A stretch of DNA of 63,376 bases, the filler included, from Actinomycetota bacterium (GTDB lineage: Bacteria > Actinomycetota > Actinomycetes > JAKEEW01): NCBI GenBank assembly GCA_046725875.1. It is 4 parts of 4 records of this genome, joined end to end, with 100 filler letters (N's around TTAATTAATTAA, not from the genome) between each part and the next. Parts side by side here need not be neighbours in the genome. Positions count along the whole stretch, not along the records: positions 17,360 to 40,654 come from JBKOZJ010000076.1; 3 more parts are not named here. One strand, given 5' to 3'. Below are positions 20,736 to 30,895 of the stretch, in pieces (position 1 is the first letter of the stretch; each line of letters begins with the position of its first letter). The translations under genes were made by a program, and so were the position numbers. The notes below the pieces were generated by a model. That model was not told the origin of the DNA. It made no database searches and saw nothing but the letters and a program-made list of their open reading frames with translations.

Positions 20736-20757
20736 TGTCGGTGGGGTCTTCTAGAAT
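20736..20757 (+). promoter_or_regulatory. PafBC-dependent (RecA-NDp) promoter
   Basis: TGTCGG-N10-TAGAAT, exact match to TGTCGG-N10-TA-N3-T. Confidence 0.8.
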
Positions 20758-20772
20758 CGAACAGAAGTTCGA
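20757..20772. promoter_or_regulatory. LexA (SOS) box
   Basis: TCGAAC-AGAA-GTTCGA, perfect actinobacterial consensus, 6 nt before the GTG start. Confidence 0.88.
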
Positions 20773-20778
20773 GAGGGG

Positions 20779-22305
20779 GTGAGCGTGGTGGACGTGCTCG
20801 AGCATGATCCGGGGACCGAGGTCTTCGCCCGGCTGCCCGACCCCGACCCAGAGGAAGTCGGCTGGGATAGTTGGGAGGACGACTGGCCGCCCGGTGGGCC
20901 GCCAGACGCCGTCGCGCCGGAGTTGTATTGTGCGGCACCCGATCGGCCGGTGCCCCCTGGTGAGCTTGCCGAGATGCGGCCCGGTCCCGAGTTGGCGGCG
21001 CGGCTGGCCGCCCTGCCGCCGTTCGAGGTGGGGGACGCGGATCTGGTCGAGGTGGTCGCCGCGGCGGAACGGGCCGCCCGGTGGGCACATGCAGTGCAGG
21101 TCGCCGCGGTTGCGGAGTTGTCCCGGCGGCCGGCGTTCGTCCCGGATCGGGCGCGCAGCGCCCGTGACGAGCTGCGGTCAGCCGCCGCGCAGGTCGCAGT
21201 CGAGCTCCGGTTGGCGCCATCCACCGCAGAGCAGCGGGTGTGGACCGCCCGCTGCCTCGCCGAGCAACTGCCCGACACGCTGGCCGCGTTGCGCGCCGGA
21301 GCGATCGACTACCGGCGGGCCGCGGCGATCGCCGACGTGGCCGCCGCCCACGACCCCGAGGTCGCCCGCGCTGTGGAGGCGCTGGTGTTGGGCCCGGCCG
21401 GTAGGCGCACCATCGGCGAGCATCGGGCCGCGATCGAGCGGGCGCTGCTGCAGGTCGCCCCGCAGACAGCGGCGCAGCGGCACGAGCGGGCCGCCGCCGG
21501 GCGGCGGGTGGTGCACTATCCGCAGGCGGATGGGATGGCCGACACCGTAGCGACCCTGACCGCGGACGGCATGGCCACCCTACGGGCGGCGCTGGAGGCG
21601 GCCGCGGCCGGCCTGAAGGCCGCTGACCCCGGCGACGGTCGCACCATCGATCAGCTGCGCGCCGACGCACTGGTCGAAATGGCTCGCCGGTCGCTGGCCA
21701 CCGGTTGGCTGGCCGGCGACGACGGCGTCGGCGGGCTGCGGCTGGCCACCGCGCAGGGCCGCCGCCCCGCCATCCAGGTCACCGTGCCGTTCTCCACGTT
21801 GATCGGGATCGACGAGCATCCCGGGGAACTGACCGGATACGGCCCGATCCCGGCAAGCATCGCCCGCCGGATCGCCGCCGACGGTGTGTGGCGGCGGCTG
21901 CTCACCGACCCGACCACCGGCCAGCTGCTCGACTACGGCACCACCACCTACCAGCCACCCCAAGACCTCCGCGACAAGATCATCGCCCGGGATCGCCGGT
22001 GCGTGTTCCCCGGCTGCTCGCAGCCGGCGCACCGATGCCAGATCGACCACACCGTCCCCTACCCAGCCGGGCCCACCGCCGAGACGAACAACAATCCGCT
22101 GCACATCTCCCACCACGACCTGAAGACCCGGTTCCGGTGGAAGCTCGTCCAACCCGAACCCGGACACTTCGAATGGACCAGCCCGATTGGCAAGATCTAC
22201 ACCCGCGAACCCGAACCCATCGGCCCAATCACCGAAACCACCCGAGATCGCCCGGCCGACGGCGAAGCTAAAAGCACCGACCACGACGACATCCCGCCAT
22301 TCTGA
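20779..22305 (+). CDS. DUF222 / HNH endonuclease domain protein (13E12-like)
   Basis: QLRADAL, GELTGYGPIP, RRLLTDP, RDRRCVFPGC, CQIDHTVPY, WTSPIG, C-terminal PPF. Confidence 0.92.
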   Translation: MSVVDVLEHDPGTEVFARLPDPDPEEVGWDSWEDDWPPGGPPDAVAPELYCAAPDRPVPPGELAEMRPGPELAARLAALPPFEVGDADLVEVVAAAERAARWAHAVQVAAVAELSRRPAFVPDRARSARDELRSAAAQVAVELRLAPSTAEQRVWTARCLAEQLPDTLAALRAGAIDYRRAAAIADVAAAHDPEVARAVEALVLGPAGRRTIGEHRAAIERALLQVAPQTAAQRHERAAAGRRVVHYPQADGMADTVATLTADGMATLRAALEAAAAGLKAADPGDGRTIDQLRADALVEMARRSLATGWLAGDDGVGGLRLATAQGRRPAIQVTVPFSTLIGIDEHPGELTGYGPIPASIARRIAADGVWRRLLTDPTTGQLLDYGTTTYQPPQDLRDKIIARDRRCVFPGCSQPAHRCQIDHTVPYPAGPTAETNNNPLHISHHDLKTRFRWKLVQPEPGHFEWTSPIGKIYTREPEPIGPITETTRDRPADGEAKSTDHDDIPPF

Positions 22306-22389
22306 CGGCCAGCGGTCGGTTACTTGGTCATGTGGAGCGTCAGCGGCCGCGCCCGGCCTCCGCACGCCGCTGGACCAACGCCTCGTTTT

Positions 22390-22632
22390 TCAGGACCGTG
22401 TCCCATCTGTTCCGGTCATCAGCTCTGTTCCGGTTATCGGCGTAACCGCCTCCTCGCGGACGATGTCGGGGCGGTGCGGCGAGCCGATGAGGTTTGCGAC
22501 CGCGCCGATCAGCTCCATCCATCCCTCGAACACAAACTCGGCACCGTCTTCGGTCGAGGCGGTCCCAGCCAGCGGCTGCAACCGAAGAATCCGAACGCGG
22601 ATCACTGAGATCGACTCATCAGCGATCCCCAT
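22390..22632 (-). CDS. Small hypothetical protein downstream of STAND ATPase
   Basis: ATG with GGGAG RBS; core PLAGTA...FEGWMELIGAVANLI. Confidence 0.55.
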   Translation of the reverse strand: MGIADESISVIRVRILRLQPLAGTASTEDGAEFVFEGWMELIGAVANLIGSPHRPDIVREEAVTPITGTELMTGTDGTRS

Positions 22633-22716
22633 TGCGTTCTCCCGGCCCGTGGAACGTCTAATGCCAACGGCGTTCAAACCGGGAGAACTGCCGTTCAGAC
22701 GCGCTCGGCTCGGCTC

Positions 22717-25700
22717 TCAGGCTTCCCAGGCGATCTCGGCCCGCGGGTCGGGGTTGTAGGTGCAGTACCGACCGGTCCGAATCGTCGAGGATAGGTGCTG
22801 TCCAAGGGACGGGTTCGCATGAGCGAGGTTTCCCATGGCAGCTCGGATGGCCCTGGTCACATTTAGCCGGGCTCGCTCTGCGTGGGATGCAGCTTGGCGA
22901 TCCCGGCCACCCAGGCCGACCGCGCGCGCCAGCTCGCCGGCCAGGAGGTCGATCTCGTCCTGGGCTTTCCCGGCCCGGACCAGGTCGTTAAACCTCTCTG
23001 CTTCGTCCAGCTCTACCCGGAGGTCCGCGAGACGCGACCTGTACGCGGCCTTGGCGGTCTCGTCGAGCATTGCGCCGGCGCTACCGAGGTCCGAACGCGC
23101 TGCGAGCTCTCCGGAGCGAAGCGCCTCATCTCCAAGCCTCGGTGGGCCCGCCATCACCTCCGCATTCCCCCGGACCTCCAGGTCGATCGCGTGGAACTCC
23201 CGCCCCGGATTCGCAAGGAGCGTCGCAAGGTACCGGAGGCCCTTCGAATCTCGAAGTCGGACGACCGAGCCGTCATAGATGACAGTCCAGTACTCTCCCT
23301 CGCGGCGAAACGAGGTTCGCCGAGTACCGGCGACGACGGCTGTTCCGGCATCAAGCTCCCGGAGTCGTCCGATGCCGCTGAGAATCGTGGAAATTCCGAG
23401 CGCCGTCGCCGTCGCCTCCGCGCCCTCGAGGAGGTCGAGCGCAGGTCTCCGATCCTGGGTTCGCCCGGACCGGATGAGCATGTGCGCATATTCGTATTGG
23501 GTACGAGCCAGCAACGATCTTGCGCCCAAGCCGGTGTTTACCCGAATCGCGGCGGCGAAGTGATCGTCGGCCTCTTCCCACCGTGACATCGTCGCGTACA
23601 GCATGGCGACGTACAGCGAGGCAGAACCGAGGCACACGACGGGATGCGGCACCGGCACCACCACGACCTGCTCGGCGTAGGGACGCAGCACCGGCAGGAC
23701 ACTCGCCGCCGAATCGGCGTCTCCAAGTCTGGCCGCGGCGACGGCGGCAACCGCCAGTGCGGGGAGCCAGATTCCATTTCGAGGGAAGCTGTGGACCGCC
23801 TCCACAAGTGACCAAAGCCAGCGCTGGGCGTCGTCCTCTCTGCCCAGTTCGGCGTCTGCTAGGCAGAGCCATCCCCGCGAGAAGCTCGCCTGCGGAAACT
23901 GATCGACGATCTCCTGCCAAGCACTTCGCAGCTCGGCGAGCCGGCCCTGGTCCCAGCGGATCAACGTGAGCTGAGCGAGGTGCGCGTACGTGGCGTCCCG
24001 GCGAGCAGGAAGGACGGCGAGTCCCGCTTCAGCCAGCTCCTCCGCGGCGGAATGCGGACCCTGGAGCAGTGTTCGCATTGCGAGCATCGAGGCCGTGGTC
24101 CACTGGTGGTAGGGCATCCGGAGCTCATTCGACAGCTCGGCGTGCGCGGCAATGTCCGCCTGGGCCGAATGAATGCCTCCGGATTCCATCAGGCAACTGA
24201 TCCGCCTCGCCCGGCCGATTAGCTCGGCTTCGGGATCGTCGGTCCGTCCGGCGAGGCTGAGCATCTCGTCGGCGAGTCCCGACCGTTCGTCCAGCCCATC
24301 TGGACCCCAAAGCGCCATCCAGCGAGCGCGGAGGGCGCTCGTCAGCGAGACGACCTCCCCGACGCGGCGGCCCATCTCCACTGCCTCGCGGCTCAGCGTC
24401 TCGCGCAGGTCCGCCTGATCCGAGAACGTGAGCTCGAGGGAAAGACGGGATAGAACCCGGGCGCGCAACGGACCATCACCTGGGCTCAACGCTTCTAGGG
24501 CCTCCTGGAGGAGCAAGAGGAGCTGTCTGTCGACGACGCCGGCCTCGACCTGAGGTTGCCCGAAGCCGAGCGCGGCCAACGCGAGCTGGTCAGCGTCACC
24601 GCGCTGCCTCGCGCTGGTTATAGCGGAAAGGTAGCTCGCCCTAGCTTCCTGGTAGTCGCCGGCTCGCGCTTGGGCATCGCCCAGACACAGCAGCAATTCG
24701 CAGCGCAGGCGACCGTCGGGACCGACGAACTCCATCGCATCAAGGGCTCGCCGGTACTCCGCGACTGCCTCCTCGTAGGCGAACGCTGCCATCGCTTGGT
24801 CGCCCGCCCGGCGAGCATAATCTCGCGCCTTTGCGCCTTCGCCCGCCGGCGCGACCTTCGCGAAGTGATGAGCGAGCTGGGCGAGATGGAACGGCGAATC
24901 CCGGCCATGGAGACGCTCGATCGCCTCGCCGACCAATCGGTGGAGCTGGATGCGAGCCGGAATGGGAAGCTCGTCGTAAATCACCTCCTGCATGAGGGGG
25001 TGCGAGAAGCGGTAGGAACCAACGGCGTCGGACGTCTCGCTCACGACGTCCAACGTCATGGCCTCCGAGAGCGATCCCATTACTCGCTCGTCCGGGAGCT
25101 CACTGGCTGGACCAAGCAGCTTGATATCGAACGCCGGACCGACTACGGCCGCAGCCGCGAGCACGCGGACGGCATCGGCGGACAGCGGTGAGATCCGGCG
25201 CCGTATTACCGCCCGCACGCTCTGCGGTATGGAGATGGTCAAGCGTCCCGGGCGATCCAGATGATCTTGGGTAGCGACCAATCGGGTCACCTCGCGCACG
25301 AAAAGCGGGTTACCACCGGTGGCTTTGTGAATCGTGGCGACCTTTCCCTGCCACGGCACCGTGCCGGAGACGTCTTCCACAAGGCGCCCGACGTCGGCTC
25401 GGTCCAGGCCGTGGAGGCGAAGGACTTGGCCCGCCCGGACGAGATCCGGGAGGACATCCACGGCCTCCGAAGATGAACTACGTTCGCCTGCGCGATCTGT
25501 GACCACCACAAGCATCCGTGAGTTACGAATCTCACCTACCAGGAACTGGAGTAGCAGGAGCGACGGCCGATCACCTGCGCATAGATCGTCCAGGACGATC
25601 AGCAGGGGCCTAATGGACGCGGCGTTCTTCAGGCATTTCGCGACGACCTCGAAGACATAGAAGCGCTCCGCATCCGACTCGACCCCATGGCTGCGATCCG

Positions 25701-26097
25701 GCGGCTCGCCCAAGCGGATGGCCAGGTCGGGTGCCACATGCAAGATCTCGGCCGGGCCAGGCGAAGCAAACGATCGCAACGTCTGGTCGTCGTACTCGCT
25801 GGCTAGTGCTCGGATGATCTGCGCCCACGGCCAGAAGGGAGGGGCGCCCGGCCGCTCCCAGCACCGGCTCCAAAGGACCAGGGCGCCGCGCTCAGCCGCA
25901 TCCCTGGCAAGGTGATCGGCGAGCGCCGTCTTGCCGATCCCCGGCTCACCGAGAATCAGGAAGAGGCCACCCCGACCGTCGATGGCGTCTTGCAATCCGA
26001 CCAGGAGCTCGGTTAGCTCCCGATCCCGGCCGATGAAGGCTCGTCGCAAGGTCCCTCCGGATCGACCCTCATCGTTCGTCTCGCGAAGTTTGGCCAC
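22717..26097 (-). CDS. STAND/AAA_16 ATPase, TPR-like regulator with C-terminal putative DNA-binding domain
   Basis: FIGRDRE, GEPGIGKT, LIVLDDL, TGGNPLFV, FSHPL, helical repeats, FRREGEYW...KGLRYLATLL...ERARLNVTRAIR...IRTGRYCTY. Confidence 0.88.
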   Translation of the reverse strand: MAKLRETNDEGRSGGTLRRAFIGRDRELTELLVGLQDAIDGRGGLFLILGEPGIGKTALADHLARDAAERGALVLWSRCWERPGAPPFWPWAQIIRALASEYDDQTLRSFASPGPAEILHVAPDLAIRLGEPPDRSHGVESDAERFYVFEVVAKCLKNAASIRPLLIVLDDLCAGDRPSLLLLQFLVGEIRNSRMLVVVTDRAGERSSSSEAVDVLPDLVRAGQVLRLHGLDRADVGRLVEDVSGTVPWQGKVATIHKATGGNPLFVREVTRLVATQDHLDRPGRLTISIPQSVRAVIRRRISPLSADAVRVLAAAAVVGPAFDIKLLGPASELPDERVMGSLSEAMTLDVVSETSDAVGSYRFSHPLMQEVIYDELPIPARIQLHRLVGEAIERLHGRDSPFHLAQLAHHFAKVAPAGEGAKARDYARRAGDQAMAAFAYEEAVAEYRRALDAMEFVGPDGRLRCELLLCLGDAQARAGDYQEARASYLSAITSARQRGDADQLALAALGFGQPQVEAGVVDRQLLLLLQEALEALSPGDGPLRARVLSRLSLELTFSDQADLRETLSREAVEMGRRVGEVVSLTSALRARWMALWGPDGLDERSGLADEMLSLAGRTDDPEAELIGRARRISCLMESGGIHSAQADIAAHAELSNELRMPYHQWTTASMLAMRTLLQGPHSAAEELAEAGLAVLPARRDATYAHLAQLTLIRWDQGRLAELRSAWQEIVDQFPQASFSRGWLCLADAELGREDDAQRWLWSLVEAVHSFPRNGIWLPALAVAAVAAARLGDADSAASVLPVLRPYAEQVVVVPVPHPVVCLGSASLYVAMLYATMSRWEEADDHFAAAIRVNTGLGARSLLARTQYEYAHMLIRSGRTQDRRPALDLLEGAEATATALGISTILSGIGRLRELDAGTAVVAGTRRTSFRREGEYWTVIYDGSVVRLRDSKGLRYLATLLANPGREFHAIDLEVRGNAEVMAGPPRLGDEALRSGELAARSDLGSAGAMLDETAKAAYRSRLADLRVELDEAERFNDLVRAGKAQDEIDLLAGELARAVGLGGRDRQAASHAERARLNVTRAIRAAMGNLAHANPSLGQHLSSTIRTGRYCTYNPDPRAEIAWEA

Positions 26098-26436
26098 GAC
26101 AGCTCAGGGGGTCGCCCCGTGCTGCCGCCGGATCACTACGGATCGGCCTGTTCACTCGAATCCTGCTACGGAATGAACGGCAGTGCATCCCACCTGAACG
26201 CTCATCTCGGTAGGACAAGGCCCCGAGACCGCGGGCCGAGGAGAGGTCATGAAACGCATCCGGGTCGAGAACCGGAGGGTGCGACCGGCTGGCCGCGGGA
26301 CCTGCAGGCGGTGATCTGCCGGCGAGCCCCGGCCGGGATGTTGCGCGTCAACGCCCGGATGCGGACCGGTTTCGCACAGGCAGGAAGCAATCCCAGGGCC
26401 GCCAAGTTGTCCTAATGACGACATCGGAGGGATCAA

Positions 26437-28743
26437 GTGAGGACAGATGACAGCCCCCGGGACGGTGACGGCGTCTCGGTGGATGCATCGGAGCGTCAGG
26501 CAGCGCATGAACGGTTGTCGATAGGGATATTCGCACGTTGGGCGCGGGCATGCGCGACGCATCCGTGGCGGGTGATCGGCGCCTGGGTAGGGATCTTCAT
26601 CGGGTTGATCGTGCTGGTGGGGGCGGTCGGCGGCAGCCTGCGGGACGAGTTTGAAATCCCCGGATCGGACACCCAGCGCGCGACCGATCTGATCGAGGCG
26701 GAGTTCGCGGCCGAGCAGGGCGCCGTGCTCAACGTGGTGTTCGCCGCGCCGGAGGGGGAGCGGCTTGATAGCGGTCAGTATCGGGCGGCGGTCGAAGCGG
26801 CGCTGGCCCGTCTCGAGTCGGACGAGTTCGCCGCGACCGACGGGGAACCCGGGGTAGTCAGCGTCGGTGACCCGTTCAGCGAGCAGTCGTTTTCCGCCGA
26901 TGGACGGATCGGCTATGCGGAGGCGCAGTTCGACCAGACCATCGAGCCGGAGGACCGCGACGCGGTGGTCGCGGTCGAGGACGCGGTCCGCGAGACGGTG
27001 GAGCCGGCCGGGGTCCAGGTGGAATTCAACGGTGAGGCCGAATTCCCGCCGCCCGAGCAGGGGACCGCCGAGATGCTGGGCCTGTTCGCGGCGATCATCA
27101 TCCTCCTGATCGTCTTCCGCACCGTGGTGGGGATGCTGATCCCGATCGCGTTGGCGATCACCGCGCTGGCCACCGCGTTCCTGCTGCTGTTCATCCTGGC
27201 CGGGTTCACCGACATCAACACGATCACGCCGATCCTGGTATCGATGATCGGACTGGGTGTCGGCATCGACTACTCGCTGTTCATCGTCACCCGCTTCCGG
27301 CAGCTACTGCACGAGGGCGCGTCCCCGCGGGACGCGGCGGCCGAGGCCGGCGCTTCGGCCGGGCGCGCGGTCCTGTTCGCAGGCGTAACCGTCGCGATCT
27401 CGGTAACCGGGCTGGCGTTCATCGGCCTGGACTTCGTGACCAAGCTCGGCCTCGGTTCGGCGCTGGGCGTGCTGACGACAGTGCTGATCGCGAACTCGCT
27501 GCTCCTGGCGGTCCTGGCGTTGCTCGGCCACCGCATCGACCGGCTCAAGCTCCCATTCCTGCGGCCGGTGGACGACACCGAGGCAGCCCGGGAACGCACC
27601 CCGATCGCCCGCTGGGGCCGGTTCGTCACCGGCAACGCCGCGGTCGTTTTCCCGGTCACGCTCGCGGTGGTGCTGGGTCTGGCGGCCACCGCGTTCCTGG
27701 TCCGGCTGGGCGCGGCCGACCAGGGCACCGAATCCACCGAGCAGACCAGCCGCCGGGCCTACGACCTGCTCGCCGAGGGGTTCGGGCCCGGGTTCAACGG
27801 CCCGATCCCGATCGTCGTGGACGTGAACGGAGACCAGCAGGCGCCGCAGAAGATCCACGACCAGGTGGAAGACCTGCCCGGGGTCGCCTCGGTCGCCGAA
27901 CCCCAGCTCAACGACGAGGGCACGGTCGCGATCGTGTTCGTCACCCCCGACTCGGCCCCGCAGGACGAGCAAACCGACCAACTAGTGGACCGGCTGCGGA
28001 ACGAGGTCGTCCCGGCCGCCACAGATGGCGGTGATGCGGTCGCGTACGTGTCCGGGCAAACCGCGGCGTTCAAGGACATCGCCGACCAGATCGTCGAGCG
28101 CATGCCGCTGTTCCTGCTCTACATCATCGGGGTTACCTTGATCGTGCTGGCGATGGCGTTCCGCTCCATCGTGATCTCCGCGAAGGCTGCCATCACTACC
28201 ATCCTGTCCGCGTTCGTCGGCTTCGGCGTGCTCACCCTCGTGTTCCAGGAGGGCCATCTGCTCGGGATCACCGGGCTGGACCGCACCGGGCCGATCGAGA
28301 CCTTCGTGCCGCCGATCGCCTTCGCCATCCTGTTCGGGCTGTCGATGGACTACGAGGTGTTCTTGATGAGCCGCATTCGCGAAGAACACGTGCACGGCCT
28401 GAAGACCCGCGACGCGGTCGACCACGGCATCGCCGCTATCGGTCGGGTCGTGGTCGCGGCCGCGCTCATCATGGGCACCGTCTTCGCGGCGTTCGTCCTC
28501 AGCGCCGATCGTGTCCCCAAAGAGTTCGGGCTGCTGCTGGCGGTGGCCATCCTCACCGACGCGCTGATCGTCCGGATGACCCTCGTGCCGGCGTTCCTCA
28601 CCGTGCTGCGTGAGAAGTCGTGGTACATCCCACGTTGGCTCGACCGCCTCCTGCCCAACATCACGATCGAACCCCCCCACCACCGTCAACCGGCGGCCAC
28701 TGTTGGGGTCGACCAGGCCGTCGACGCCACCGCGCAACGCTGA
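26437..28743 (+). CDS. MMPL/RND family transporter
   Basis: GLGVGIDYSLF, GFGPGFNGP, FGLSMDYEVFLMSRIREE; two TM bundles. Confidence 0.95.
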   Translation: MRTDDSPRDGDGVSVDASERQAAHERLSIGIFARWARACATHPWRVIGAWVGIFIGLIVLVGAVGGSLRDEFEIPGSDTQRATDLIEAEFAAEQGAVLNVVFAAPEGERLDSGQYRAAVEAALARLESDEFAATDGEPGVVSVGDPFSEQSFSADGRIGYAEAQFDQTIEPEDRDAVVAVEDAVRETVEPAGVQVEFNGEAEFPPPEQGTAEMLGLFAAIIILLIVFRTVVGMLIPIALAITALATAFLLLFILAGFTDINTITPILVSMIGLGVGIDYSLFIVTRFRQLLHEGASPRDAAAEAGASAGRAVLFAGVTVAISVTGLAFIGLDFVTKLGLGSALGVLTTVLIANSLLLAVLALLGHRIDRLKLPFLRPVDDTEAARERTPIARWGRFVTGNAAVVFPVTLAVVLGLAATAFLVRLGAADQGTESTEQTSRRAYDLLAEGFGPGFNGPIPIVVDVNGDQQAPQKIHDQVEDLPGVASVAEPQLNDEGTVAIVFVTPDSAPQDEQTDQLVDRLRNEVVPAATDGGDAVAYVSGQTAAFKDIADQIVERMPLFLLYIIGVTLIVLAMAFRSIVISAKAAITTILSAFVGFGVLTLVFQEGHLLGITGLDRTGPIETFVPPIAFAILFGLSMDYEVFLMSRIREEHVHGLKTRDAVDHGIAAIGRVVVAAALIMGTVFAAFVLSADRVPKEFGLLLAVAILTDALIVRMTLVPAFLTVLREKSWYIPRWLDRLLPNITIEPPHHRQPAATVGVDQAVDATAQR

Positions 28744-28791
28744 CCCGAGGACGGGTGGCGGGGTCGCTTGGCTCCGCCACCCGTCCTCGGG
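28744..28791. terminator. Strong hairpin, probable bidirectional terminator
   Basis: Perfect 18-bp inverted repeat CCCGAGGACGGGTGGCGG / CCGCCACCCGTCCTCGGG between convergent MMPL and nhaA. Confidence 0.8.
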
Positions 28792-28832
28792 CTATGGTCA
28801 CGGCGGCGAGTGCGCCGGTGACGGCGGCTCCC

Positions 28833-30746
28833 TCACGGCTCGCTTGCCAACGCCCTCACCGCTACCCGCTTTCGGGCGGTCTTGACCGCCGCCGACAGAG
28901 TGGCGATGTCGTAGGCCCCGTGGTGGCGGCGTCCGTTGATGAAGAACGTGGGCGTGCCGGCCACGCCGCTGAGGTCGGCTGAGTCGACATCCTCGGCGAC
29001 TCGGGCCGCACCGGTCTGCCGGCGCAGGTCCTTGCTGAAGCGTTCGACGTTGAGGCCGAGGTCTCCGGCGTAGCCGACGAGGTCAGCGATTCGAAGCGCG
29101 TTCTGGTGGGTGAGCAGCAGGTCATGCATCTCCCAGAACACCCCCTGCGCCGCGGCGGCCTCGGCCGCCTCCGCGGCCTGCTGCGCCCGGGGATGGATGT
29201 CACTGAGCGGCAGATGCCGCCAGACGTATCGGACGTCGCCGTACTGCGTGAGCAGTTCACGGACGACGGGCTCGGCCTGGCCGCAGTACGGGCACTCGAA
29301 GTCGCCGTACTCGACGACGGTGACCGGGGCGTCTGCGGGGCCTCTGATGTGGTCACGGTCCGGGTCGACCGGGGCGGCGAGGTCGATTATCGACTCGGCC
29401 GTGCCCAACAGCGCGCGGCTCTGTCGCGGCTGCGGGAGCAGCGCGGTCACCCGAACCACGACCCAGGTGGCGATCGATGCTCCGAGCCCGGCGGATAGGA
29501 CGCCGATCTTGGCCTCGTCGAGCTGCGGGCCGGTGAAGGCAAGGGCCGCGACCAGTAGGGCCACGGTGAAGCCGATGCCGGCGATCGTGCCGCCGCCGGC
29601 GACGGCGGCCCAGCCCACCGCCGGGCGCAGCCGACCGCGGCTAAGCCGGGTGACCAGCCAGGAGCCGCCAAGGATCCCGAGGGGCTTCCCAACAACGTAA
29701 CCGAACAGAATGCCCAGCGTGATCGGCGACGTGTACGCCCGAGTGAGGACGTCCGCGTTGATTACGACGCCGGCGTTGGCGAGCGCGAAGATCGGTACGA
29801 TCACGTAGCTTGTCCACGGGTGGTAGAGCTGCTGCAGCCGCTCGTTCGGCGAAATCGCCGTGATGACGCTGGCTTCTGCCGAGCGCGCGAACTCCGGAGT
29901 CGGCTGCTCCCGGAAGAGCCTGAACACCTCGCTCGCGCGTTCGAGATCGCTCCGGGTGGCCGGATATGCGTATGTAAGCAGCCCCATCGCAAGGCCGACC
30001 ACGATCGGCTCCACACCGGAGAAGTACATCGCGACCCACGCCGCACCGCCGAGCAGCGCGTACACCGGGCCGGATCGGACACCGCGGCTGCGTACAACCA
30101 GGATCACCCCGAAGATCCCAAGCGCGGTCAGCACCGGCAGCAGCCTGACGTTCTCGCTGTAGACGGTAGCGATCACTGCGAGGGCGACGAGGTCGTCCAC
30201 GACGCTTACAGTGAGCAGGTAGGAGCGCAGCCGAGCCGGGAAGCGCCGGCCGACAAGCGCGAGCATGCCGAGAGCGAACGCCGTGTCCGTGGACATTGCC
30301 GAGCCCCAGCCGTGCGCGGAGGAATCCCCGGCGTTCCAGGCCAGGTAGATGACGACCGGCACTACCATCCCGCCGAGGCCGGCGGCCAGGGGCAACGCGA
30401 GCCGCCGCCGGTCCCGCAGCTCGCCGACGTCGAACTCGCGACGCGCCTCGAGCCCGACGACGAAGAAGAAGAACGTCATCAGACCGCTGTTAACCCACTC
30501 CTGCAGGGTCTGCGAGATCCCACGATCGCCGATGCGGAAGGATAGGTCTGTCCCCCACAGCGTCTCGTATGAGGATGTGTGCACGTTCGCCCAACCGAGC
30601 GCCACGACCGCGGCTATCAGTAGAACCGCCGCGCCGCCGGTCTCGGTTCGAAGGAACTCCCGCAGCGGCGTCTGCAGGTTCCGCGCCCAGGCGGTCCGAC
30701 CGGTGAAGGGCGCGGTCGCTGCCGGGCGGTCCTGGCGCTCGGTCAT
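28833..30746 (-). CDS. nhaA: Na+/H+ antiporter NhaA fused to C-terminal DsbA/thioredoxin domain
   Basis: FFFVVGLE, TDTAFALG, VVDDL, FALANAGV, GIGFTV; C-terminal EYGDFECPYC and GTPTFFING. Start could be 30776. Confidence 0.93.
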   Translation of the reverse strand: MTERQDRPAATAPFTGRTAWARNLQTPLREFLRTETGGAAVLLIAAVVALGWANVHTSSYETLWGTDLSFRIGDRGISQTLQEWVNSGLMTFFFFVVGLEARREFDVGELRDRRRLALPLAAGLGGMVVPVVIYLAWNAGDSSAHGWGSAMSTDTAFALGMLALVGRRFPARLRSYLLTVSVVDDLVALAVIATVYSENVRLLPVLTALGIFGVILVVRSRGVRSGPVYALLGGAAWVAMYFSGVEPIVVGLAMGLLTYAYPATRSDLERASEVFRLFREQPTPEFARSAEASVITAISPNERLQQLYHPWTSYVIVPIFALANAGVVINADVLTRAYTSPITLGILFGYVVGKPLGILGGSWLVTRLSRGRLRPAVGWAAVAGGGTIAGIGFTVALLVAALAFTGPQLDEAKIGVLSAGLGASIATWVVVRVTALLPQPRQSRALLGTAESIIDLAAPVDPDRDHIRGPADAPVTVVEYGDFECPYCGQAEPVVRELLTQYGDVRYVWRHLPLSDIHPRAQQAAEAAEAAAAQGVFWEMHDLLLTHQNALRIADLVGYAGDLGLNVERFSKDLRRQTGAARVAEDVDSADLSGVAGTPTFFINGRRHHGAYDIATLSAAVKTARKRVAVRALASEP

Positions 30747-30895
30747 TCGTGATCTCTCGCCCACGATGGGTGACACGGGATGCAGGCTGTCATGACGCCA
30801 AACCCCTCCCGCAGCCTCTTTGGTCCCAGCCGCTTTGGTCCCGGCCGGCTTCCTGATTGCATTCTCGGCCCATTCCTCACCGGCCGGCCGGGCAG

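Noticed and set aside
22406..22440. 18-bp duplication TCTGTTCCGGT(C/T)ATC
   Set aside because: Only two copies, explained as an in-frame repeat in the tail of the small ORF.
22717..26097. Avs-type antiviral STAND defence system
   Set aside because: No nuclease, TIR, SIR2 or protease effector visible; the architecture fits actinobacterial regulators.
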